A DNA stretch of 64,000 nt, from contig CAVVCK010000001.1 in the NCBI GenBank assembly GCA_963746775.1, positions 19,050 through 83,049 of the forward strand. Direction: 5' to 3'. The notes beneath the pieces were generated by a model. That model did not search any database. It was not told the origin of the DNA and saw nothing but the letters and a program-made list of their open reading frames with translations. The DNA is from an uncultured bacterium. Lineage in GTDB: Bacteria > Patescibacteriota > JABMPQ01 > CAVVCK01. Shown in pieces: positions 9,540 through 19,785 of this stretch. The first letter of the stretch is position 1. Each line of letters starts with the position of its first letter. The position numbers and the translations under genes are program-made.

Positions 9540-11690
9540 ATGTTAACTATAGATCAACTTATAAAAAAAATTGAAAAGAACTCTACAGATGTTGATCTAG
9601 AAGAGGTTAAAAAGGCTTACGAATTTGCAGCTAAATACCATAAAGATCAAAAAAGAAGAAGTGGTGTCCCCTTTGTTCAACATCCTCTAAGCGTAGCTTA
9701 TCAACTAGCTAGTTTTAAGTTTGATACAGCTACTTTTGTGGCTGCTCTCCTGCACGATGTTGTAGAAGATACTAAAGCAACCCCTAAATTAGTAAATAAA
9801 ATATTTGGGAGAGAAGTATTAAAATTAGTTTTAGGTGTTACAAAATTATCTAAAATTCAATTAGGCGAAAAAGCTGAGGAATATACTATTGAAAACTTAA
9901 GAAAAATGTTTTTGGCTATGGCTCAAGACATAAGAGTCGTAATTATTAAACTGGCAGATCGTTATCATAATCTAAAAACACTAAAATACTTAGATTCAGA
10001 GAAAAAAATACAAAAAGCTAGAGAAACAATGGAAATATATGCACCCCTAGCTAATAGACTGGGTATGGGAGAATTAAAAGGAGAACTTGAAGATCTTGCT
10101 TTTCTCCATTTATACCCCAAAGAATATAAGTGGGTTAGAGATTTAGTAGAAGAAGAAATCGAGAGAAGAAAAAAATATGTGGAAAAAATAAAAAAAGATT
10201 TGAAATTAAAGCTTAACGAAAATAATATAAAATATGTAGATATCCACGGTAGAGCGAAGCATTATTATAGTTTATATAAAAAATTAAAAAAACATGACAA
10301 TAATATTAATAAGATATATGACCTCACCGCTTTAAGAATTATCGTAGAAACTATTTCAGACTGCTATAAAACTCTGGGAATAATACACCAAAATTGGAGA
10401 CCCTTGCTTGGCAGAATTAAAGATTATATTTCTATACCCAAAAATAATGGTTATCAGTCACTACATACTACTGTTCTCTATCCTCCTGATATAACCATGG
10501 AAATTCAAATTAGAACTCCTCAAATGCATATTGAGGCAGAGTATGGAGTAGCTGCTGCTTGGCATTATTCTGAAAAAGATAAACCTAATGCAGGCGCTAT
10601 AGTACCTAAAAAACTTTCCTGGATTAATGAACTTATTAAGTGGCAAGATGAACTTAAAGATAATAAAAAGTTTGCGGAAGTCCTAAGAATTGATTTCTTT
10701 ATTGATAGAATATTTGTTTTTACACCAAAAGGAGAAGTATTTGATCTACCCGAAGAATCAACCCCTATTGATTTTGCTTATCAAATACATACAGACATAG
10801 GTAATCACTGCTATATGGCTAAAGTTAATAATAAAATCGCTCCCCTAGATTATAAACTTAGAAATGGTGATGTAATAGAAATACTAACTTCAGAAAAAAT
10901 AAAACCAAAAAGAGATTGGCTGAGTTTTGTACATACTAATCTAGCTAAAAACAGAATCAAAGATTGGCTAAAAAAACAAAATAAAGATAAAAATTTAAAA
11001 ATAGGAAAAATAATATTCAATCAGGAATTATCAAAAATAAAAAAGAAATCTTTAAAATTATCTATAGGATATAAAAATAGGCTAAATAAAACATTAACAG
11101 CTCTGAATTATAAAAATTTTGATGATCTATTGGTTGGTATTGCCCAGGGCGATATTACAGCTAACCAATTTATCAAAATTTTTTATTCTGAAAATGAAAT
11201 GTTACCGCCGGTTAAAAAATTTAAAAAATTTATTTTTTTTGAAAATAAAGAACATGAAAGAAAAGCAATCATAGAGAATGAAGAAGGCTTGCTGACTAAT
11301 ATAGCTAAGTGTTGTAATCCCAAATTAACAGACTCAATTGTAGCTCATATTACTAGAAATAAAGGAGCCAGTATTCATAAGGCCAATTGCAAAGAATTAA
11401 AGAAAAAAGAAAAAGGCAGAATAGTAAAAGCTAAATGGATTGAAAATAACCAAGATCAAAGAATAATAAAATTAAGATTAATCACTCTTGATCGAATTGG
11501 TTTAATTAGTGATATTTCCTCTCTAATTTCAAATTTACAAATAAGCATAGAAAACATCAAATCATTAAAATTAAACAATGACACTATTAATTTAATGATA
11601 AACATTGGTATAAATAATATAGAACAATTATCTTCAGTTATGGAAAGTCTAAACAAGGTTAAAGGAGTGCTAGAAGTAAAAAGAATGTAA
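9540..11690 (+). CDS. rel: RelA/SpoT (p)ppGpp synthetase-hydrolase
   Basis: HD domain (LLHDVVED), NGYQSLHT, EIQIRT, TGS and ACT domains. Confidence 0.93.
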   Translation: MLTIDQLIKKIEKNSTDVDLEEVKKAYEFAAKYHKDQKRRSGVPFVQHPLSVAYQLASFKFDTATFVAALLHDVVEDTKATPKLVNKIFGREVLKLVLGVTKLSKIQLGEKAEEYTIENLRKMFLAMAQDIRVVIIKLADRYHNLKTLKYLDSEKKIQKARETMEIYAPLANRLGMGELKGELEDLAFLHLYPKEYKWVRDLVEEEIERRKKYVEKIKKDLKLKLNENNIKYVDIHGRAKHYYSLYKKLKKHDNNINKIYDLTALRIIVETISDCYKTLGIIHQNWRPLLGRIKDYISIPKNNGYQSLHTTVLYPPDITMEIQIRTPQMHIEAEYGVAAAWHYSEKDKPNAGAIVPKKLSWINELIKWQDELKDNKKFAEVLRIDFFIDRIFVFTPKGEVFDLPEESTPIDFAYQIHTDIGNHCYMAKVNNKIAPLDYKLRNGDVIEILTSEKIKPKRDWLSFVHTNLAKNRIKDWLKKQNKDKNLKIGKIIFNQELSKIKKKSLKLSIGYKNRLNKTLTALNYKNFDDLLVGIAQGDITANQFIKIFYSENEMLPPVKKFKKFIFFENKEHERKAIIENEEGLLTNIAKCCNPKLTDSIVAHITRNKGASIHKANCKELKKKEKGRIVKAKWIENNQDQRIIKLRLITLDRIGLISDISSLISNLQISIENIKSLKLNNDTINLMINIGINNIEQLSSVMESLNKVKGVLEVKRM

Positions 11691-11727
11691 AAATAACCTA
11701 CTAATAGGTTATTTTTACATTCTTTTT
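11678..11727. terminator. Bidirectional terminator between convergent rel and parB
   Basis: 23-bp perfect inverted repeat around a CTAA loop. Confidence 0.85.
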
Positions 11728-11735
11728 ACAAATCA

Positions 11736-12629
11736 TTATATTGAAAAATCGTCTTTTCCAATAATTTTGTCGATAAGATTATATAGTTCTTCATTAGAAT
11801 AAAATTCAATCGAAATCTGTCCTCCTTTTCCTCTTTTTTTTATTTCTACTTTAGTAGATAAATAATCTTTTAATTTTTCTTCTAAACCTAATATCTCTGC
11901 ATTCTTTACTTTTATTTTTCTAGAATGACTCTTTACACTTACTTTTTTAACTTGATTTTCTGTCTCTCTAACAGAAAATTTTTCATTCACTATTCTATTA
12001 AAAAGTTCTTTTTGTAATTTTTCCTCTTGTAATGCTAAAATTGCCTTAGCATGGCCCATGGTTATTTTTTCTTCAGATAAAGCTTCCTGTATTTCACTGG
12101 GTAATTTAAATAATCTTAAATGATTAGTTACCCAACTTCTATTTTTTCCTACTCTATCAGCTACCGTATCTTGTGTTAAATTAAATTCATTAATTAATTT
12201 TTGATATGAAAATGCTTCCTCGATGGGATTGAGATTTTTTCTTTGAATATTTTCCACTAGTGCTAATTCTAACTTTTGCTGTTTAGAAGCAGTTCTAATA
12301 ATTGCTGGAACACTCTTTAATCCTATTAATTTAGATGCCTTCAGCCTTCTCTCTCCGGCAAGCACCTGATATTGATCATCTTCTGTTTCTGTTTTTACTA
12401 ATATTAGTGGTTGCAAAATGCCATGTTCTCTAATTGATTTAGCTAGTCCTTCAATTGGTTCTTGTTCAAAATTTTGTCTAGGTTGATAAGGATTGGGAAT
12501 TATTTTCTCAACATCAACTTCAACTATATTATTTTTAACATCTTCTTTAATTGATTTTACCTGTATCTTTTTAGTGCCTATTGTTTTGGGAATTAGTGAT
12601 TCTAATCCACGACCTAATCTTTTATCCAT
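11736..12629 (-). CDS. parB: Chromosome partitioning protein ParB
   Basis: LGRGLESLI, PNPYQPR, AGERRLKA, ENIQRKNL. Confidence 0.95.
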   Translation of the reverse strand: MDKRLGRGLESLIPKTIGTKKIQVKSIKEDVKNNIVEVDVEKIIPNPYQPRQNFEQEPIEGLAKSIREHGILQPLILVKTETEDDQYQVLAGERRLKASKLIGLKSVPAIIRTASKQQKLELALVENIQRKNLNPIEEAFSYQKLINEFNLTQDTVADRVGKNRSWVTNHLRLFKLPSEIQEALSEEKITMGHAKAILALQEEKLQKELFNRIVNEKFSVRETENQVKKVSVKSHSRKIKVKNAEILGLEEKLKDYLSTKVEIKKRGKGGQISIEFYSNEELYNLIDKIIGKDDFSI

Positions 12630-12648
12630 ATATATTTAAATTAATTTA

Positions 12649-13410
12649 TTATTCAAAACTTACTATTTCCTTGGCTAAATCATTATAAGCCTTAGCCCCA
12701 GTAGAACTTGCAGCATAATCTATAATAGATTTACCAAATGAAGGAGCCTCAGCTAGACTTATATTTCTTGGGATAGATGTTTTAAATACTCTATAAGGAA
12801 AATTTTTTCTGACTTCATTTACTACTTCCTTAGCTAATCTGAGCCTAGCATGGTGCATAGTTAAAACAACTCCTAAAACATGTAAGTCTGGTTGCAAATT
12901 TTTCCAAATCATATTAACTGTATTCAAAAGCTGACCCAACCCTTCTAATGAATAATATTCACATTGCACTGGCACTAAAATATCTCTTGAAGCTACTATA
13001 CCATTTATAGTAATAATTCCAAGGCTTGGCGGGCAATCGATAAATATATAATCATATTTATCTTTAATTAAATTTATCTTTTTCTCTAACAAAAATTCCC
13101 TGCTCTCAGTATTCACAAATTCTATATTAGCTCCAGCTAATGATTCAGTGGCTGGCATAATATCTAAATTATCTATATATGTATGCTTTATAACTTCTGC
13201 TGGTGTTTTTTGATCACATAAAACTTCATAAATTCCATAATCATTTTCACCTAATTTAACACCTATACCGCTAGTAGCATTCCCCTGAGGATCAAAATCT
13301 ACAATTAAAACTTTCTTACCTAGACGCGCCAAAGAAGCAGATAAGTTAACTGTTGTTGTTGTTTTTCCTGTTCCTCCTTTTTGATTTACTACTGATACTA
13401 TTCTATTCAT
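12649..13410 (-). CDS. parA: ParA/Soj ATPase
   Basis: NQKGGTGKTTT, DFDPQGNAT, IDCPPSLG, EAPSFG. Confidence 0.95.
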   Translation of the reverse strand: MNRIVSVVNQKGGTGKTTTTVNLSASLARLGKKVLIVDFDPQGNATSGIGVKLGENDYGIYEVLCDQKTPAEVIKHTYIDNLDIMPATESLAGANIEFVNTESREFLLEKKINLIKDKYDYIFIDCPPSLGIITINGIVASRDILVPVQCEYYSLEGLGQLLNTVNMIWKNLQPDLHVLGVVLTMHHARLRLAKEVVNEVRKNFPYRVFKTSIPRNISLAEAPSFGKSIIDYAASSTGAKAYNDLAKEIVSFE

Positions 13411-13461
13411 TATTAAAAATTATACTTATTACTACTTACTATTATAAATTATTTTCTTAAA

Positions 13462-13490
13462 TTGACAAGATAGCTTTTTAAAACTATAAT
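13462..13490 (+). promoter_or_regulatory. Consensus sigma70 promoter of tRNA-Leu
   Basis: TTGACA-17 nt-TATAAT. Confidence 0.8.
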
Positions 13491-13555
13491 TTTTATACTC
13501 ATATCGGTTCTAGACGATTAAAAGTATAAATTATTAATTATTTTATTATTAATTA

Positions 13556-13639
13556 GCCGCGGTGGCGGAATTGGCAGACGCGCTGGATTCAAAATCCAGT
13601 GGAGGCAACTTCATGAGGGTTCAACTCCCTCCCGCGGCA
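13556..13639 (+). tRNA. tRNA-Leu(CAA)
   Basis: GCCGCGG acceptor stem, CTGGA-TT-CAA-AA-TCCAG anticodon arm, long variable arm, GGTTCAACT T-loop; CCA not encoded. Confidence 0.95.
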
Positions 13640-13643
13640 TATT

Positions 13644-13676
13644 AAAACACAGGAATTTAACTTCCTGTGTTTTTTA
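13644..13676. terminator. Terminator between tRNA-Leu and glyA
   Basis: AAAACACAGGAA...TTCCTGTGTTTTTT. Confidence 0.8.
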
Positions 13677-13694
13677 TTGTTTTCTGTAAAAAAA

Positions 13695-14942
13695 CTAATC
13701 AACTCCCGGCATACTATATTGCAAACAAAATTTTTCTACTTCTTTCTTAATTTCTTTTATTTTTTTATCATTATTAATATTTTCAACCACTTCATTCGTC
13801 CAATAAGCCATTTTTTTCATTTCTTCTTCTCGCATACCACGAGATGTCATTGCAGGTGTACCCAATCTAATCCCTGAGGGATCAAAAGGAGATCTTTTAT
13901 CAAATGGAACAGTATTAAAATTACATATTATATTTGCCTGAGCTAATGCTTTAGCAGTTTCTTTGCCTGAAATTTTCTTGCTACTCATATCTATAAGCAA
14001 AAGATGATTATCCGTGCCTCCAGTAACCAAATCAAAGCCATAATTTCCTAGTTCTTCTGCTAAAACTTTAGCATTTTTCACAATCTGCTTCGCATACTCC
14101 TTAAAATTAACTTCCCTAGCCTCTTTCAGGGCAACAGCTATAGCAGCCGTTGTATGATTATGGGGACCTCCTTGAAGCCCTGGAAAAACCGCTTTGTCTA
14201 TTTGATCAGCAATTTCTTTTTTGCATAAAATCATAGCTCCTCTTGGACCACGCAATGATTTATGGGTAGTAGTAGTCACTACATCTGCATAAGGAATTGG
14301 GCTAGGATGCTCTCCAGTAGCAACTAAACCAGCTATATGAGCTATATCAGCCATTAAATATGCACCAACACTATCAGCTATCTCTCTAAACTTTTTGAAA
14401 TCAATTAATCGCGGATAAGCCGTAGCTCCGCAAACAATTATTTTAGGCTTTTCTTCTTTAGCAAGCTTAGCAATCTCTACATAATCTAATAACTTCGTCT
14501 TTTCATTAACTTTATATTGAACTGATTCAAAAAACTTTGAAGTAAATGACACTTTAAATCCATGAGTTAAATGACCACCATGGAATAAATTCATACCCAT
14601 TATTTTCTCTCCAGGCTTAATTAAAGCACAATAGGCTGCTAAGTTAGCCGGACTACCAGAATAAGGCTGCACATTAGCATGATCAGCTCCAAAGAGCTCA
14701 CTAGCCCTATCACATGCTATCTCCTCTATCTGATCAATATACTCTTGTCCTTCATAATAACGCTTCCTGGCATACCCTTCAGAATATTTATTAGTTAAAA
14801 TTGAACCAGTAGCTTCTAGAACTGCTTTGGATACATAATTCTCAGATGGTATTAGTCTAATACTTTTTCTTTGTCTCTCGAGTTCACCCTGAATTAAATT
14901 AAATATTTTTTTGTCTTCTTTTTCTAAAGATGTTATTTTCAT
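13695..14942 (-). CDS. glyA: Serine hydroxymethyltransferase
   Basis: LIPSENY, NKYSEGY, TTTTHKSLRGPRG, PSGIRLGT. Confidence 0.97.
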   Translation of the reverse strand: MKITSLEKEDKKIFNLIQGELERQRKSIRLIPSENYVSKAVLEATGSILTNKYSEGYARKRYYEGQEYIDQIEEIACDRASELFGADHANVQPYSGSPANLAAYCALIKPGEKIMGMNLFHGGHLTHGFKVSFTSKFFESVQYKVNEKTKLLDYVEIAKLAKEEKPKIIVCGATAYPRLIDFKKFREIADSVGAYLMADIAHIAGLVATGEHPSPIPYADVVTTTTHKSLRGPRGAMILCKKEIADQIDKAVFPGLQGGPHNHTTAAIAVALKEAREVNFKEYAKQIVKNAKVLAEELGNYGFDLVTGGTDNHLLLIDMSSKKISGKETAKALAQANIICNFNTVPFDKRSPFDPSGIRLGTPAMTSRGMREEEMKKMAYWTNEVVENINNDKKIKEIKKEVEKFCLQYSMPGVD

Positions 14943-14979
14943 GTAATTAAAAAATTAAAATTTATAATAGAGTTCTTAT

Positions 14980-15618
14980 TTAATTTTTTAAATAATTTAC
15001 AACATCTTTATATTTTATTGGACCAGATCTAATTAATTTTATTTTTTTATCACTTAAATCAATGATGGTTGATGATCTATTTTTAGACAAAATTCCAATA
15101 TCAACAACCAAATCTGGCTTATTTTTCTTCTTTTTGTATTGTCTAAAAATCGCTTCAGCTGAATATGAATCTTTTTCTCCTGATATATTAGCACTTGTAG
15201 CTGAAATTGGAAAATCTATTTTTTCCATCACTTTTTCTATAATCTTACTTTTCGGCATTCTTAGCCCAACCGAATTTCCTCCAGCTAATAAAATAGTAGG
15301 TAATTTCTCCTTCTTTTGCGCAATTATTGTCAATCTCCCTGGTAAAAATTTATTGAACAATTTTTTTGTTCTTTTATCTATTACACTGTACTTCTTAGCC
15401 TGAGCAATATTTTTTACAATAATAGATAATGGTTTTTTCTTATCTCTGTCTTTTATTCTATAAATCTTATTTATAGCCTTTGAATCTAGAGCATTTACAG
15501 CCATTCCATAAGAAGTGTCTGTAGGCAAAACAACTACTTTCCCCCTTTTTAAGTAATCCACAATATAATTAATCTTTTTTTTATCAATTCTTTCAGGATC
15601 TATTTTAATTACTTCCAT
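14980..15618 (-). CDS. tsaC: Threonylcarbamoyl-AMP synthase (TsaC/YrdC)
   Basis: LPTDTSYG, IKDR, ATSANISG, SSTIIDL. Confidence 0.9.
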   Translation of the reverse strand: MEVIKIDPERIDKKKINYIVDYLKRGKVVVLPTDTSYGMAVNALDSKAINKIYRIKDRDKKKPLSIIVKNIAQAKKYSVIDKRTKKLFNKFLPGRLTIIAQKKEKLPTILLAGGNSVGLRMPKSKIIEKVMEKIDFPISATSANISGEKDSYSAEAIFRQYKKKKNKPDLVVDIGILSKNRSSTIIDLSDKKIKLIRSGPIKYKDVVNYLKN

Positions 15619-16333
15619 AATTATATTCTTTCTCTATAAAATTTTCTAAATTTTCTATATCTTCTGGTTTTCCAAAATCTTTCCAATAATCTTCTAAATT
15701 CTTTACTTTAACCTTCTTTTCTTTAGCTAATATATTTACTGCATCTGTTATTTCATACTCTCCTCGCTCAGACTTACCTACTTTGTTTATTGCTTCAAAT
15801 ATGTCCGCAGTAAATTTAAAAAGATTTATATTAACTAGATTACCATAAAATTCTTTCGGTTTTTCAATAATTTTAGTTACAAAGTCTCCTTCTATATTTA
15901 AAACACCATATAACTCAGGATTTTTACTTTCAAAGCCTGCTACATAACAAAAATCATCCTCTATTCTAAAAGCTTCTAAATCTTTTGAAGAATATAAATT
16001 ATCACCATTTACAGAAACAAAATCTTCATTTCCAATCAAATCTTTTGCGCTTAAAATAGGACAAACTGTACCGTATCTTTCTTCTCCTAATTTTTCAAAC
16101 TGATTAACTGTTTGAATACTACTATCATAATCTTTTAAAAATTCCTCGACCTTTTCGCTTTTATAACCAGTTACAACAATAATCTCAGAAAAACCTGCCA
16201 ATTTTATATTTTCTAATAAATAATACAAAAAGGGTTTTCCTCTAACCTCAAGTAGTGGTTTGGGAATATCTTTAGTTAAATCCCCCATTCTAGTTCCCCT
16301 ACCTGCTGTTGATATAACAATTTTATTAATCAT
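15605..16333 (-). CDS. Sugar-phosphate nucleotidyltransferase (RmlA/GlmU-like)
   Basis: AGRGTRMGDLT..IPKPLL, IEKP, RGEYEITDA, WKDFG. Confidence 0.85.
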   Translation of the reverse strand: MINKIVISTAGRGTRMGDLTKDIPKPLLEVRGKPFLYYLLENIKLAGFSEIIVVTGYKSEKVEEFLKDYDSSIQTVNQFEKLGEERYGTVCPILSAKDLIGNEDFVSVNGDNLYSSKDLEAFRIEDDFCYVAGFESKNPELYGVLNIEGDFVTKIIEKPKEFYGNLVNINLFKFTADIFEAINKVGKSERGEYEITDAVNILAKEKKVKVKNLEDYWKDFGKPEDIENLENFIEKEYNYGSN

Positions 16334-16335
16334 AG

Positions 16336-19300
16336 CTATATATTTAGACCTTCAGCTAATATATTTAATAATCTGTCTTTTACTAAAATTAGTTTATAAA
16401 CTTTTTTACCCTCTAAATACTTTTCAATTTTGCCTTTTTTTTGGGCCATTTGATAAATTTCTGAATCAGTTAATCCACGTTTTGCTATTATTTTATCTCT
16501 AAATTTGCCATTAATTTGAATAATTATAGTAACCTTATCTTCTTTTATCAATTTATCATTATATTCAGGCCATTTTTCTTTAAAAATGCTTTCTTTATTT
16601 TTATCCGCTGAAGTTTTAACGGAAGCGGAGCCCAATTTTTCCCATAATTCTTCTGTAATATGAGGTGCAAAAGGCGACAAAATTAATAAAAACTTCTCTA
16701 AAGTATATTTTGTAATTTCCTTATTTTCCAATAATTTATTTAATAAAACCATCATGGAAGAAATGGCTGTATTAAAATTAAAACTTTCAATATCTTCAGT
16801 TACTTTTTTAATTGTTTTATGAAGTAACTTTTTAATTTCTAAATTTTCATCTTTTGAACTAGGGGTTTGATTTTCTTCATATAAATTCCAAACCCTATCT
16901 AAAAATCTCCTAATTCCTTTAATGCTCTGCGTATCCCAAGGCTTAACCTCTTCAAAAGACCCCATAAACATTTCATACATTCTTAAAGTATCCGCTCCAT
17001 ATTCTACCACCACTTCATCAGGATTAATTACATTGCCTCTAGACTTGCTCATTTTTTGATGATCTTCTCCTAAAATCATCCCTTGATTTTTTAATTTCTG
17101 GAAAGGTTCATCATGATCTACTTTAGAATTTATTTTTATAAATCCTAAATCTTTTAAGGCTTTATAGAAAAATCTAGCGTAAATCAAATGCAAACAAGCA
17201 TGTTCTGCTCCCCCAACATATAAATCAACTGGCATCCACTGCTTTAATTTTTTATTGTCAGCAAATTTTTCTTTATTTTTAGGATCGCAATATCTTAAAT
17301 AATACCAAGAAGAACAAACAAAAGTATCCATAGTATCTACTTCTCTTTTTACACCCTCAGAAGCTCCACATTTTGGACATTTAACCTTATGAAAGCTTTT
17401 AGAATCTTTCAAGGGAGATTCGCCAGTAGGCTTAAAATCAACATCTTCCGGTAATTTTACCGGCAATTGTTCCTCCGGAACCGGAACCTCGCCACATTTA
17501 TCACAATAGATTATAGGAATAGGCGCTCCCCAATAGCGCTGTCTAGATATTAACCAATCTCTTAACTTGTAATTAGTAGTAATTTTTCCTCCTACTTTTT
17601 CCGTAATTTTCTTCTTCGCCTCCATAGAATCCATACTATTAAACTCATCTGAATTAGTTAAATTTCCAGTACCTGCATAAACCTTCTCTCCATTTAACAA
17701 AATATTCATATACCATTCATGACTATTCAAATTAATATATTTTTCTAATTTATCTTTTTCTATCCATTCTTCTTTATGGTGTCTAACATGCTCTTCTTCT
17801 GGCTCTACATACTCCCCATCTGCTAATTCTACATAATACCCCTCTAGAATTGTGTCCCTATTTACCCCCTTATGCATAGCATAAAATTTAGTAGCAATCT
17901 TACCTCCTAATTTTTTTATAGACTTTATATTTTGATAACCAGATTCTTCCTTCATTTCCCTTATAGCTGCTTCTTCATAACTTTCTCCATTCTTCACCCC
18001 ACCAATAACAAAAGATTTCCAGCCATATTTGACCCAATCAAGACAATAATATTTATCTTCTTGCCAATGTTTAATTATAACAATTACATTATTTCTTTTT
18101 ACAGTCTCTTTGTCCTCTCTTGGTAGATCTTTTTCAAAATTTGTTTTAAGAAATGGAATTATAACTTGTTTAATTGGTATGTTATATTTTTTAGCAAATT
18201 CAAAATCCCTTTCATCGTGAGCTGGTACCGCCATTATTGCTCCTGTTCCATAGGAAGATAGAACATAATCAGCTATATAGATTGGTATTTCTTCTTCATT
18301 TGCTGGATTAATAGCCTTAACGCCTTTAATTTGAACACCCGTCTTTTCTTTTTGCAACTCTGTTCGTTCTAAATCAGACTTACCTTTTGCTTGCTCCTTA
18401 TATTTATAGATTTCTTCTAAATTCTCAATTCTAGATTCTAAATTCTTAATTAATTCATATTCAGGAGCTAAAACCATATAGGTAGCACCATATAGCGTAT
18501 CTGCTCTGGTAGTAAATATTTTTATATTTGGAATAATATTTTTTAAAATAATGGGTTCTTTTTCACCATTAAAATGACTACCTTGAGTCTCTGATTCAAT
18601 AAGTTCAGCATTTAATTCCCTGGATAAAGTTTTCCCTTCTTCCCTGGGCACTGCATGATCATTAAGAGAGCTTAATATTTTAATAAAGCCAGCTTTTTTC
18701 TTTATATCTTCATAATCATAATCCCAATTGAATTTATCTTTAAATGGTCTATCTATATCTTTAAATTTAGCCTTTGTAAAACCTCCTGCCAAAACCAACC
18801 TAGTAATATTATGAGGTAATTTTTCTACTACTTTCATAGCCACTACTGCCCCTAAACTATGACCAAATAAAATAGTACTTTCACTAAATTTAATATTTTT
18901 TAAGACATAATTGACTTGTTCTTCTTCTGTGGGATTATCAGAATTAGGCATATCGGGTACATCAACTTTGTAACCTCTATTTTCTAGTTCCTTTTTTAAC
19001 CAAGGGAAAAAATTGCTTTTAGAATTACTACCAAAACCATGTAACAAAACAAAATGAAAATCAGATTTTACTTCGAAATCTATTTCAGAACCTTCTGATC
19101 TTCCTATCCACTCCCTCTGCATTAATTTAATAGGCTCCGGCCAATCCATATTGTCTAAATCATCAAGCAATCTTTGTGCATATTTTGTAGTTTTAAAAAA
19201 CCATTGCTTTAAATCTTTTTGAATAACTTCATTCTTACAACGTTCACATTTTCCATTTATTACTTGTTCATTAGCAAGTACAGTCTTGCAAGATTCACAC

Positions 19301-19773
19301 CAATTAACTGCTGCCTTCTTTTTGTAGGCCAAACCATTTTTATATAATTGCAAAAATATCCATTGCGTCCATTTATAATATTCTGGATCAGAAGTAGCTA
19401 TTTCTCTGTCCCAATCATAACTAAAACCAAGAGACTTTATCTGTCTTCTGAATGTTTTAATACTATCTCCTGTTGTTTTTTTAGGATGTACTCCTGTTTT
19501 TATAGCATAATTTTCAGCTGGCAATCCAAAAGCGTCCCAACCCATTGGATGCATTACTTCTCTGCCCTTCATCCTCATATATCGAGAAAAAATATCTGTA
19601 GCTGTATAGCCTTCTGGATGACCAACGTGAAGTCCAGCAGCTGAAGGATAAGGAAACATATCTAGACAATAAAATTTCTCTTTTTTAGAATTATCATCAG
19701 CTTTATATAATTCTTCTTCCTCCCATTTCTTTTGCCATTTTTTCTCTATTTTCTTTGGATTATACTTTCCCAT
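16336..19773 (-). CDS. leuS: Leucine--tRNA ligase with inserted alpha/beta-hydrolase and Nudix domains
   Basis: MFPYPSAAGLHVGH, GTGAIMAVPAHDERD, KMSKSRGN; 1145 aa with GHSLG and Nudix-box inserts. Confidence 0.95.
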   Translation of the reverse strand: MGKYNPKKIEKKWQKKWEEEELYKADDNSKKEKFYCLDMFPYPSAAGLHVGHPEGYTATDIFSRYMRMKGREVMHPMGWDAFGLPAENYAIKTGVHPKKTTGDSIKTFRRQIKSLGFSYDWDREIATSDPEYYKWTQWIFLQLYKNGLAYKKKAAVNWCESCKTVLANEQVINGKCERCKNEVIQKDLKQWFFKTTKYAQRLLDDLDNMDWPEPIKLMQREWIGRSEGSEIDFEVKSDFHFVLLHGFGSNSKSNFFPWLKKELENRGYKVDVPDMPNSDNPTEEEQVNYVLKNIKFSESTILFGHSLGAVVAMKVVEKLPHNITRLVLAGGFTKAKFKDIDRPFKDKFNWDYDYEDIKKKAGFIKILSSLNDHAVPREEGKTLSRELNAELIESETQGSHFNGEKEPIILKNIIPNIKIFTTRADTLYGATYMVLAPEYELIKNLESRIENLEEIYKYKEQAKGKSDLERTELQKEKTGVQIKGVKAINPANEEEIPIYIADYVLSSYGTGAIMAVPAHDERDFEFAKKYNIPIKQVIIPFLKTNFEKDLPREDKETVKRNNVIVIIKHWQEDKYYCLDWVKYGWKSFVIGGVKNGESYEEAAIREMKEESGYQNIKSIKKLGGKIATKFYAMHKGVNRDTILEGYYVELADGEYVEPEEEHVRHHKEEWIEKDKLEKYINLNSHEWYMNILLNGEKVYAGTGNLTNSDEFNSMDSMEAKKKITEKVGGKITTNYKLRDWLISRQRYWGAPIPIIYCDKCGEVPVPEEQLPVKLPEDVDFKPTGESPLKDSKSFHKVKCPKCGASEGVKREVDTMDTFVCSSWYYLRYCDPKNKEKFADNKKLKQWMPVDLYVGGAEHACLHLIYARFFYKALKDLGFIKINSKVDHDEPFQKLKNQGMILGEDHQKMSKSRGNVINPDEVVVEYGADTLRMYEMFMGSFEEVKPWDTQSIKGIRRFLDRVWNLYEENQTPSSKDENLEIKKLLHKTIKKVTEDIESFNFNTAISSMMVLLNKLLENKEITKYTLEKFLLILSPFAPHITEELWEKLGSASVKTSADKNKESIFKEKWPEYNDKLIKEDKVTIIIQINGKFRDKIIAKRGLTDSEIYQMAQKKGKIEKYLEGKKVYKLILVKDRLLNILAEGLNI

Positions 19774-19785
19774 AATTAAAATTTA

